Source: Folioceros fuciformis (Eukaryota). From it: 28,919 nt of DNA. Positions 1 to 10,731 of the stretch are shown in pieces. The position numbers and the translations under genes were made by a program. The notes below the pieces were generated by a model. That model saw only the letters and a program-made list of their open reading frames with translations. It ran no database searches and was not told the origin of the DNA. Location: the NCBI GenBank assembly GCA_049999805.1, contig JBNGIO010006373.1, forward strand, positions 160,231 to 189,149, given 5' to 3'. Numbering within the stretch: position 1 is the stretch's first letter; each line of letters begins with the position of its first letter.

Positions 1-338
1 CCACCAGCCCGGGAGGATGGATCGTCCGGCCGTCCAGTCGGGATTGATGGAATGGGAGGCGCGCGTACGCTTAACACTACCACTCCTACTACTGCCTGGC
101 ACACACCTGACCTCGCCACACCTAGCTCCCGCAGTCCTGCCCTCCGCTCTGCCTCCACGGGTAAAGAAAGCGCCCCTGCGTTGTGACATCTCAACTCCCC
201 CCCGCCACCCCACGACAAAAGCCCGTCCCGCGGACTCTTCTCTCCCACACTCTCCTGCACTGATCCATCCTCCAATTCGGGGTTCTCGGTTCTCGAATCC
301 ACCACACCTCGTCCCTGCGGATCCCTGAAGCTGTAGCA

Positions 339-2281
339 ATGCAAGGCGGCGGAGGCGGCAAGCGGCGGGTGGTGGCCGGGCCGCCCCCCGAGCTGGTCGA
401 GCTGCCAGTGAAGCTGGCCGATCCGGAGCTCATCAAGCCTGCTTCTCCCGGGAACGGGGAAAACGCTCCTCTCTTCCTATCCAACATCGACCAGGTCCTG
501 GCGTTCTCGGTGGAGACTGTGTATTTCTACCGCGCCGACCCCGACAAGCCCAGCCTGAGCGTGGCCAGCACCCTGCGCGAGGCCCTCAAGAAGGTGCTGG
601 TGCATTACCAGTTTCTGGCCGGGAGGCTTCGGCTGAATGCGGCCCAGCGCAGGCTGGAGGTGGAGTGCAACGGCGCCGGCGCCCAGTTCGGAGAGGCCGA
701 CACCGAGCTCCGCCTGGCCGATCTCGGGGACGTCACCATTCCCAACCCCGNNNNNNNNNNNNNNNNNNNNNNNNNNNNNNNNNNNNNNNNNNNNNNNNNN
801 NNNNNNNNNNNNNNNNNNNNNNNNNNNNNNNNNNNNNNNNNNNNNNNNNNGAATGCGGCCCAGCGCAGGCTGGAGGTGGAGTGCAACGGCGCCGGCGCTC
901 AGTTCGGAGAGGCCGACACCGAGCTCCGCCTGGCCGATCTCGGGGACGTCACCATTCCCAACCCCGCCTTTCGCACGCTGGTGCCCCAGGCCTGGGGCGC
1001 CGCCAAGATCACCGACGTCCCGCTCCTCATGGTGCAGGTGAGGTCTCCAGGCAATGCGACCTCGATCGTGAACGTGATTCCCGGTTGCATCGTGACGGTG
1101 ATGGTGACGACTGTAGGTGAATGTGGCCCTGTGCTGTGTGGTAACGGATGCAGGTGACGAGGTTCCGGTGCGGGGGATTCGCGGTGGGCTTCACTATGGG
1201 CCACATCAACTACGACGGCATTGGGGCAATAGATTTCCTTACCAACTTCACCTCTTTCTGCAAGGGCGGGGACATGGTGGTCTTCCCGGTCCACGACCGC
1301 ACGCTGCTGCGCGCGCGGGATCCCCCGCAGATCCGCTTCGATCACCCTGAGTACATTCCCCCGGAGGACATCCCCATGATGGCTGCCTCCAATCCCTTCA
1401 CCACCGCGGATGTCGCCAACGGCAAGCTCCAAGATCTCCATGCCTCGCAGCGCCACATCTACAGAGTGTTCCATTTCCACGCGGACGTGCTGGATCATCT
1501 CAAGAAGAAGGCCGCAGGCCTGGAGCAGGAGGAGCCGGAGCCGGCCGAGCAGGACCTTGTCAAACCTAGCAATGGCGATGGGAAAGTCAACCACATCGAC
1601 GACCCTACTGGCCACAGCAACGGCAATAGCAATGGCCACGCCAATGGCAACGGCAACAGCAGCAGCAGCAGCAATGGCAACAACGGCCATGACAACGGCG
1701 GCGTCAAGATGAACGGCTTAGGCAGCAGCAACAGCAAAGGACTCGCGAGCAAGGTGTCCACGTTCGAAGCTTTGGCCTCGCACATCTGGCAGGCGAGGAG
1801 CAGGGCGGTGGACTGCCCGGCGCCGACAGCACCGGCGACCATGCTGTTCGCGGTGGACATACGCGGGCGGATGAGCCCGCCGCTACCGAGGGCTTTGTGC
1901 TGCAACGCCGTCTTCTCGGCCTGCGCCAGGGCCACGTTTCAGGAGCTCAAGGAGAAGCCGCTGGCTTTCTGCGTGGAGAAGGTGCAGAGCGCCATTGAGA
2001 GGGTGACGGACGAATACGTGAGGTCGTCATTGGACTGGTGGGAGGTGCACCGTGGCATTCCCGCGCTGCCTGGCGGGGTCTTCATCTCCGCCTGGTGGAA
2101 GCTGCCTTTCTACCAGGTGGATTTCGGGTGGGGGAAGCCTGTGTTTGCGGGCCCGATCGTGAGCTCCATGACGGAATTCGTGCTGCTCTTGCCCACCGCC
2201 AGGCCTGCGGGAGGATTGAACGTCGTCATCTCCCTGCTGCCGCATGAGATGGACAAGTTTGAGGAGTTTGTTCAGATTTGA
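339..2281 (+). CDS. BAHD (HXXXD) acyltransferase, GLAUCE/omega-hydroxypalmitate feruloyltransferase-like; exons 339-1037 and 1154-2281 (exon 1 interrupted by an assembly gap)
   Basis: N-terminal LFLSNIDQ, catalytic HINYDG and C-terminal DFGWG motifs. GT-AG intron 1038-1153 (CAG|GTGAGG ... TGCAG|GTG) lies at the conserved BAHD 'Q' intron position (VQ|VTRFRCGG). Third codon positions are GC-rich. Subclade assignment is from recalled motif similarity only. Confidence 0.93.
635..966. other. Assembly artefact: 100-N gap (751-850) flanked by a 116-bp duplicated overlap
   Basis: 635-750 is repeated at 851-966 with one mismatch (C683 vs T899). Collapsing the copies restores a normal BAHD N-terminal domain. 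Confidence 0.9.
1568..1737 (+). repeat. Coding low-complexity Asn/Gly/Ser/His tract inside BAHD1, including a short (AGC)n poly-Ser run
   Basis: Translates as SNGDGKVNH...GHSNGNSNGHANGNGNSSSSSNGNNGHDNGG, built from AAC/AAT-GGC/AGC units. Confidence 0.8.
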
Positions 2282-5005
2282 AAGAGACAGTGATGGTTGC
2301 TTACACCCGTCTGCCCGAAAGTTTAGAGTTAAGGAGGCTCCAAATAAGGTGCCCGGTGCTGAAATTGGCACTTACGCCGGTGGTGGGGTGGATTGGTCGA
2401 CCGCCTTCACCACCAACTGCCGCCTCCATGTTTTCTTTCACCCTGGCGGAACGAGGGTGCATTATTTTTATGATACATGTCAAGTTTGCAAACACAGAGT
2501 CCATGCCCTCCTTGCTTGTACAAGTGCAGAGAATGTTGTGGCCACCACGGTTCATCTCCAGAATCGAGCACGATGACAAGAGTCCTACTGCTGAAAAATT
2601 CCATGGGCACGGACGGTGCGAAAAAGGGGGCTGACGACACCTGATCCAGATGATGGAAACACATCGTCGTGTTAGGATTGCGAGGCGAGCAGTCACCGTT
2701 GGGTGATTGTCGGGGCCTGAGATCAGAAAGCGATACTGCTGCTAACCACCTCACAACCGGATTCTGTTACTTGAGCTGCATGAAGCATCACAAGATAGGT
2801 GACCAAAGATGAACAACCACGAAACAAAATGCGACTAGCGCATGCATCTGCCGAGCAAGCCGTCCACATCGTGCCTCCTTTCGCGGAGAGGGAGCCTGAT
2901 GTTTCAAATACAGTAGATCTAGATTGAGGACACGGTGCTATTTCAAACACAAACGACAAAAGATGTCTGGCAGAGGGCACCTTGCGGTCGTCAACGGCAG
3001 CCGCTCTCGGAAGAATTGCCACAGCCTGTCACGAGAAGCAATCCACCAACAGATCATTGAGTCACATCCGACAGCAACTGTCTGAAGGAAATAGCTGTTG
3101 GATGGAAAGCGAGCTCACCACACTTGGCACGTCTAACCGATCACAGCTGGGTCGCGCTGTCTCAGAAATGTGGTACACATGTCTATTCTTGCATGAAGTC
3201 GGAATTTGGGCGTGGATCGGAGCTTCTCCCCCGCAATTCTCAGATGTGGTAAGGCTCCCACAACTGAGAATCAGGAGCGGAGAAGCTTCGAATCGCCACC
3301 CATGGATATTCTGAAACTGGAGGGGAGCAGTGTCGTGTCGACGTAGCAACATCAGCTCGAGGGGCCAAAAAGCTGACATATCACCAACTCAAAGACTCGG
3401 CTGTAACCTCACCATCCGAATGCTCTCCAAGGCGCACAAACCACGGTATTCAATGGATGGGCTCTCAAGACAAGACACGAACCCCACTCCTACGCGATGG
3501 ACTTGTATTGTGGTGACTGGCTCTCCAACTGCAGATGGGGCTCACCTGGTGGAAGAAGCAGCTACAACGTCTTAAGCTCTCAGGTCAGGAACACGTTCGG
3601 CTAATCACCTTGCGATGAGCATGATGAGTTCAACAACTCTTCAGGACAGATCTGCTCTCCATTAATGGGGCTTAAGTGGGGCTGTAAAGATGTACTCAGA
3701 GGTACAAGGCAAGTCACCATGTGGCTCACCAACCCACCACCAACTCGCTGGGCCCATCCACATCTTGGACTAGTGCTGCTATTGGCTACCATTACATCAC
3801 TGGCTGGGAATCATGAAGCGGATGTGAATTAAAGGCTCTTTCCCTCCCAGCGTACAAAGCGAAAGCATACATAGTTGGAGTCATCCAATACCATGTACAG
3901 TACTTGCCTCAAGGTCTTCATCTTCAGAGCAAATACTGGTCTTGACGAGTCACGCATCCGTCGCCAGGCCAGAAATTATACACTTGCAACACCAGGACGT
4001 ATCTGCAATGCATGTGTAAACCACGTCACTCGTACTCCCATGAAAGACGAAGTGTCCCCAAGGCCACGAACCCTTCCTTGTAGGCAAAGAATCACTCGGG
4101 GCCGAGACCCGGCACCCACCACTGTTCAACATGGCTCAAAAACGTGAGCCATGCCCGATAATGCCACTCTCTCCCCTCTCCTCTTCTCTTCGAACACTCC
4201 GTCCCCACAATCCACCCAGATGCCGCATCAATGGGAACCTCCTTCGCAAGACACACCAAAGAGAAAAACGTGCCCTCTACTGATTTGAAGAATCCGGCCT
4301 AGCTCTGGAGAGAACATGAATAACTGTAGAGAATCAGAAGACATTGAAATCAAATCTACCCTGTAGAGACGCTCACACAGAGACATATGTCTATCCATTA
4401 CCAGCGCCAGGCAGGGCCTGCTCGAAGTGGTTGGTTGTTGCGCCTGTGCCACACCGCCACTGTCCAAGGCGACGTCACAGTGTCCGATTTACAAGATTGA
4501 CAGCTCTCTGACAGCGCTAGGAACGTGTTCACGGGGCCCTTGTCCATCCGCTGGCAGCGTACTGCCTCATCGCAGACGAGCACAGATGTCCGCGAGAAAG
4601 CTTACGGTGTAGTAATGGGTGGAGCGCACTGGACTCGTTGCACTCGCCATGCTTAAAAGCTCTGAGGTCCGATTTTGTCCTGCCACTGAGTCACCTCAAG
4701 CCCCTCGTACCAACCACTCCAGCTCTCTCCTTTCATGAACGTGTCCCGACCCTTCGAACCTAAGTTCCTGGCCACATTCCTCCTCGACTCCGCCATCACA
4801 TCTTCGGACTTCGTCAGCTGAGCTCGGTGGCCAACAGGCAAAGTTTGGGTCTCAGTGCAAGAAGTAGGTGCAACAAACCCTCCATCCAAATATGGAGAGA
4901 CGCTCTGCAATTGACCAATATTTTGTGCACGGAAATGGTGTGCTGCCAGACATCAGGGAGCTCATCCATTGAAAGTTTGTGGCCTGCAGAACATTTCAGG
5001 GCAAA

Positions 5006-6529
5006 ATGGGTTCTGATCACCCACTAGAACTGCAGGTCACTCTGCTCGGGGAGCCTGAGCTGGTAGTGCCTGCAGAACCAGTCAAGGAGAATCAGGGCGA
5101 ATTCTTCCTCAGCAACCTGGACCAGAACATTGCCGTGATGGTAGAAACGCTTTACTTTTTCCAGGCTCAGCTGCCACAGCCTCACATCTTGCCGGTTCCA
5201 GAGGACGACCCCAACACCGCACCTGGTAACGGAGATAACCACGACGGTGCAACAGAGAATGGCGACATAGCAAAGCGGAAACCTGCTGTCCCGAAGCGGC
5301 ATCCAGACCCGGCTCGTGTGCTCAAGGACGCCCTGGCTAAACTCTTGGTCTTCTACTACCCGGTCACAGGCAGGCTGGGCATCAGCAAGGAGGGAAAGCT
5401 GGACATCAAACTCACAGGAGATGGCGTTGTGTTTGTGGAGGCCGAGGCAAACCTGTCCCTGGCCGAGCTCGGCTATGATGTGAGCAAACCGAATGTGCAG
5501 GTGAGCAAGAAGCTGGTGTACGCTGTTCCTGGAGCCGCCAACATTCTTCAGATTCCGCCGATGGTCATCCAGGTGAGTGTAAGAGCTTGCTAGGCCATGT
5601 TTTAATACGTTCCATGCTCCAAGTCTTCACACCGTGTGCGTGATCTGAAGGTGACCAAATTCAAGTGCGGGGGCTGGGTGCTGGGACTGAGCAACAACCA
5701 CTGCCTGTTCGATGGCGTCGGCGCCATGAACTTCGTCAACTCCTGGGCAGAGCTGGCCCGAGGGGAGAAGGCCTTGAGCGTGTCACCAGTCCTGGACAGG
5801 AGTATCATCCGGCAGCGAAACCCTCCGGAGATCAGATATCCGCACGGTGAGTTCGCGGAAATCGAAGATCTCTCCGAAGAGAAGAATCTACTGCTCCAGG
5901 ACGAGGGCTTGGAAAACGCCTTCTTCTGGTTTACGGCCGACGAATTGGAGGCTCTGAAGAAGGCAGCGAGTGTTGAGGAGACAGTTTCTCCAACCGCCAA
6001 GGTCACCACCTTCGAGAGCCTGGCAGCGCACATCTGGAGAGCTCGTACTCGAGCTATGGGCATGAAGGGGGATCAGCTGACAAAGCTCCTCTTCGCAGTG
6101 GACGGACGCAACCGCCTGGAACCTCCTCTTCCCCAGGGCTTCGTCGGCAACGGAATTGCACTGGCGTACGCCACAACCACGTCCTCGGAGCTGACACAGC
6201 GCCCGCTGTCCCACGCTGTGGGGCTGGTGAAGGACGCCATAGCCATGATCACCGGCGACTACATCAGATCCGCCATTGATTTCTTCGAAGTGACCAGGGC
6301 GAGGCCGGCTCTGGTGGCAACACTGGTGATCACCACCTGGTCACGGCTGGAGTTCCACACCACCAATTTCGGGTGGGGTGAGCCAGTGCAAACGGGTCCT
6401 GCTAATCTCCCGGAGCGTGAGGCCGTGCTGTTCCTCTCACACGGGACGGAGAGGAAGAGCATAAACGTGCTCATCAGCCTGCCGCCTGCTGCGATGGATA
6501 TTTTCAGGCAAGAAGTCCGCAAATTATGA
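5006..6529 (+). CDS. ASFT: BAHD acyltransferase, ASFT/HHT1 (aliphatic suberin feruloyltransferase)-like; exons 5006-5572 and 5651-6529
   Basis: FFLSNLDQNIAV, HCLFDGVGAMNFVNSWAELARG and ITTWSRLEFHTTNFGWGEP..LPEREAVLFLSHGTERKSINVL closely match the ASFT/FACT/DCF clade as I recall it. 78-nt intron 5573-5650 (CAG|GTGAGT ... AAG|GTG) is at the Q-intron site. An AG just upstream of the ATG (4998-4999) could indicate a further 5' exon. Confidence 0.9.
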
Positions 6530-6881
6530 GAACCAAGATGGCCAATCCGACAACTGCGCGATCAGACTCGCAAGGCTTCGTTGTTCCTCTGACCGTCCTG
6601 AAGATGCATTGCATCGTCCGTCTGTAGAAAGCAAGAGCAAGCAATCGGCTTAGATGCCTGTGTGCATTTTCCGGCAACTTCCAAAACCTCGCCAACGGAG
6701 GAAGAAGGTGTTTGAAAATGCGAACAGGCACTTTCCAGACAAGCTCAAGGCTATGGCCATAAACACATACATAAGAAGATAAACGACTGTTAAGTACTAC
6801 AGTTTCCATTGCTGCCACTTCCCTACGCATGACCACACCACCCCAAGCTTTATCTTCCATCCGCACTAGAGGTGGTGAAAA

Positions 6882-7834
6882 TCACGTTTCTGGCATCAGT
6901 AGGGCGTGATGATCAACTACTCTGGCGTCTTGAGGAAAAGAGCTGCCAGACGGAGCTACATCTCCCCGTCTTGGGAAGGAAAAGCATCTAGATCCTTCCA
7001 ATTCTAAAGTAACACTTCTCTCACGCTCAAATCTGAAACTTGCATGCCTTGAGGGAAACCTGAATACTTCTCTTGCGGACGAAGAGGAAGAAGCACCAAG
7101 CTCGTGGAACCTGAAACTTCCACGGTTCGACAACGAGAGGCTGCGGACAATGTTCCGCTTAGGCTCTTCAACTGTCTCCTGGCCATCAGGAGACGACTCC
7201 GCTACACATTCCTTCACCACCGCAGCTCCAGAAGCGTCATCCCCTTGCTCCACCTCTCCACTCGAGCTGTTTATTTTCACCTTCAAAGAAACATCGCCGG
7301 AAGCCGAGTCTCCCGTGAAAGGAGCTGGCCGTGCAAAGACAGCCAACTCTTCTCCAGGCATGTACACAAGAACCAGATCATCGAAGGCCGTTGAGTCAGG
7401 ACCGGACGCAGACGCAGCCACACCCGCAGTGGCAGGAGCCACTTGAGACGCAGGACTCGAACCCTGGAGTCTCAATTCTCTTCGCTTGTAGTAAGAGCAG
7501 TAAAGCATCAGCAAAGCCACGCTTACGAGAAACAACATGGAAACAAGGCCGGCCACCACGATCACCAAAACCGGGTACTCCTGCGGAGAGCAAAGATAAG
7601 TCTGTCCCGTGGTGTAGTCAGTACACACTCTGCGAGCGGGAGAAGAGGCTGGCACAGATGCCAGGATTCGCCTGCCTTGCACTCCTCCTCCGCTCCCCCG
7701 AGCGGGGAGAGCGTCATCTGCAATTTCCAACAGCCATTCCACACAATTCAGACTCGAACACTACAGTCTCTACATCACGAACACCAGGAGGACACTGACG
7801 GGCGCATCAAACCTGATGTGGGTACAGGCTCCAT
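6882..7834 (-). CDS. Divergent GLUTAMINE DUMPER (GDU)-like single-pass membrane protein, about 285 aa; proposed exons 7834-7813 and 7717-6882
   Basis: TM helix VIVVAGLVSMLFLVSVALLMLYCSYYKR resembles the GDU pattern ..GLAAMLGLIAFALLILACSYW; VLVYMPGEELAVFARP resembles the VIMAG motif. The ORF has no ATG before the TM helix, but ATG 7834 (MEPVPTS) joins in phase via a 95-nt intron (CAG|GTTTGA ... TTGCAG|AT). Confidence 0.7.
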
Positions 7835-8810
7835 GACTGCTCCTCTCGACCAAAGAGATAGCCTCGGCTTGAACGTCCTCCCTCACGTGCTCCCGAAGCC
7901 ATGGATCCCGGGGCCCTGGACACCCGTGATTCTACAGCACAGACAGCTCCGGGCTGCCGCTCATCACACCACAAACCGTAGACAAACGAGCGGGAAATCT
8001 CCCTCTGGCACCCGTCATACCAGCTAGCTACAGCGAGGAAGCAAGAAACTCGACAAACGTCTCAGACAACACAAGCAAATCGGCACATTGCACGACTGCC
8101 ACGGTGCAGGCAAGGCACTAGCCAATTCCTATGTCGCCGGGAAAGGCAATCGAGGGATAGGGGCGGGTAGCGGGCAGCCGGCGAGACGAAGTCACGATCG
8201 CCGCGCAGAAGCCTTGTCAAATGGGCTGGCCGAGCAGTGGCAAAGACGGGCCCGCCATGGATACATGCGGCAGACCGCCACGGCCCGTACCACTTGCCTC
8301 CCAGATCAGATGCTTGGGCTACAAGTCAAAAGGCTTTGGGAAGGCGGTACGAAGCGGGCGACGAAGGCGGGGCGAACCCCACCTGCCCCTTCCTTCTTTT
8401 AGTTTCCGTTTCGTGTCTGCAAACTCCAGATAAAAAGAGAGACATTCTTTGGTGAGAGCGTGTGTTGGCATGAGATGGGACGTCACCACTCACGCCAAGA
8501 TTTATTTCGTTTCGGGCAATGCGTACAAGACATCCCTATCTTTAAATTCTCGTTTACCTATCTGATAATAAGACGTAAGTAATACGTAGTGGGGAAAGAA
8601 ACAATGGAGACAGCCAACTGGTACCAATGTTGGAGCTCATCACACAAGTCACTAGCTTGGTAACTTGGGCAAACATGTACCAACTTGCCTTATTAGATCT
8701 AAAATCCCTTAGACTAAGGACCTAAGAAATTCTAGGGATGCCAAGGACGGTCTTGCCCCTACTGGGTCAAGTGTTGAGGACTGTTCTGCCGCAGCTATGT
8801 CAAGTGCTAA

Positions 8811-9870
8811 GAACTGTCCTATATTTTGTATGATATTATTATGGAACAGATTTTGCTGCGATTACTAACTACATTCCAAGTTTGCTGCCATTCTGTCTCC
8901 AAGGAGTGGCATGACATGGTCACAAATGCAAGATTTCATCGGCGGAGCTTTCTCCAAGGATTGAAGGCGTGCGTCGCATGACCACACCCATGCTATGTAG
9001 CCTTGTATTACAGCACGAGTGGGATTACCCTTCTGCTATTTGGGGGATTCGTGGTTCTAATCACTTTCATAGGACACAATTGCAGAGCTGGGACAAGGTT
9101 TTGAAAGTGCACCTATTTTTCCTACCAAACGTATTTCAGTCTGGTTTTTGTATTGTCTATTGATGTCCTAGATCAATGTCTGGTTTCATATCCATATACC
9201 ACAAGAAATCCTCGGGAATGGTGGTATGTGTAATGAATCCGATGAACCAAAGTTTCAAACTTCTATCCATACTTCAAGATTATTATAGCGAGGATACAAG
9301 CAGTGCACCAAGCTTTGCAACAATAAAGGTTTCCAACTTCAAGGTTTCAGTGAGAGATGTAGGAAGGACACCTTATGTGAGCAAGAGTAGTCTGATGTCA
9401 AAGTCACGCTTTCCATGAGTGTGCCATCTACAACAGCATGAACAGGAAGTGGAAGGGCTTCAGGTATAATTTTTATGCAGTTTTCTCCTGCGATGGAGAG
9501 CTATATGCATTGGTTCATCTCCTTTGCCCTTGCATAGTGCAACTTAATACAGAAAGCGGTCTAAGGTATTCATGGGATCTAAAGTTTCCTCGAGACTTGT
9601 CTCTATTGAGGGATGTTCCGATTTATATATGGTAGCTTACCATGTAGAGCTCCTATGGTGCTCAGATGGTATTTGGCAATTGGATGATGCCAGGCAAAGG
9701 TGGATTAGAATTGCAAGCAATTGACCACCTTCCTTATTTTCACTTACCTCTTTTACTGGCTTAGAAATGTTGCTGCTTGTGTAGGTTGCCGGGAACTTCA
9801 TGATGTTTTTATTCCAACTAAGTCCTTCTTTCGGGTGGATGTAATTGTGGCTTATGACTTGCTCCGACTC
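8811..9870 (+). pseudogene. Decayed F-box protein (F-box plus plant beta-propeller/FBA-like C-terminal fragments)
   Basis: 8826-8981 reads LYDIIMEQILLRLLTTFQVCCHSVSKEWHDMVTNARF (F-box consensus), bounded by stops at 8808 and 8979. Downstream frame-shifted fragments include HLFFLP, VVCVMNPMNQSFKLL, DGELYAL, GIWQLDDARQRWIRIAS and VIVAYDL. Confidence 0.72.
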
Positions 9871-10731
9871 TCAATTCTTAGCATGGGCACTTTTATCACC
9901 CTATGCCAAATTTGTTTCTTTGAGACCAAGCTATTGTATATTTGTATGTCAAGCAATTTGTTTCTCTTGTGGACAAACTCCCGGAGTTGGTGTACAAGGT
10001 GGGGGATGCAACTTGGTGTCACACCGGAGCGTAATATGATGGTAGATTAGCAATGAGCTAGAGGGACATATCTAGGCTGTTGTTCATGTGAACAGGATTC
10101 TGTTGTCGTGATTGTCGCTATCGAAAGTTTGTACACATTCTGAAACTTAAAACATATCACTTCCAAGGCTAACAGCAGTTGCCCAACATTTTCTTTCCTG
10201 CCCCTAATGGAGTGACAAGTTTTGCTTATACAGATAGATGCTTAGCTGCATGTCATGCACGAAAATCTGACTACGGCTGCCGGACTCTTGCAAATTCTCC
10301 TGCTCGGGACTTCTGAGCAGGAAGTTCGATGTTCCATGGCTGGAGTCTCACGATCGTAGAGCCGCAGAGAGATGCTCTCGGATGGCTATGTCAACCGCTC
10401 GTAAAATTTGTTTCGGCAGGTGGAATGGCGGGACGTTTCTGTGCAATTGGGTTGTGGATCCTGCCAGTAACGGACCGGAAGTTCGAGACGCATTCTGTTC
10501 TTCTGCTGATGGTGCTGCATCTTCCTCAATTCGTTTCTGGACTGGTTGGTCCGTCTTTGAATCGAAGTGCAAAACGATGATATCGTCTACGAAGAGCTGA
10601 AGAGTTTACTTCACTGAGAGCGAGGCTTTGACAATGTAGCTATCTCCCCTGCCCTGGGGTCTTGACGAAATTCAACGTGCTTCAAGACACTCAGATATCT
10701 GCAGTCCGGTGCAGGACAGACGGTATGTCCT

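Noticed and set aside
899-1935. Long antisense and alternative-frame ORFs over BAHD1
   Set aside because: By-product of high GC3 in the real gene.
4130-4153. 9-bp perfect hairpin CATGGCTCA-AAAACG-TGAGCCATG
   Set aside because: Too short to be significant in 29 kb; no miRNA- or MITE-scale structure around it.
2300-4980. Many short overlapping ORFs between the BAHD genes
   Set aside because: No motifs, codon bias or consistent splice chain found; treated as UTR/intergenic.
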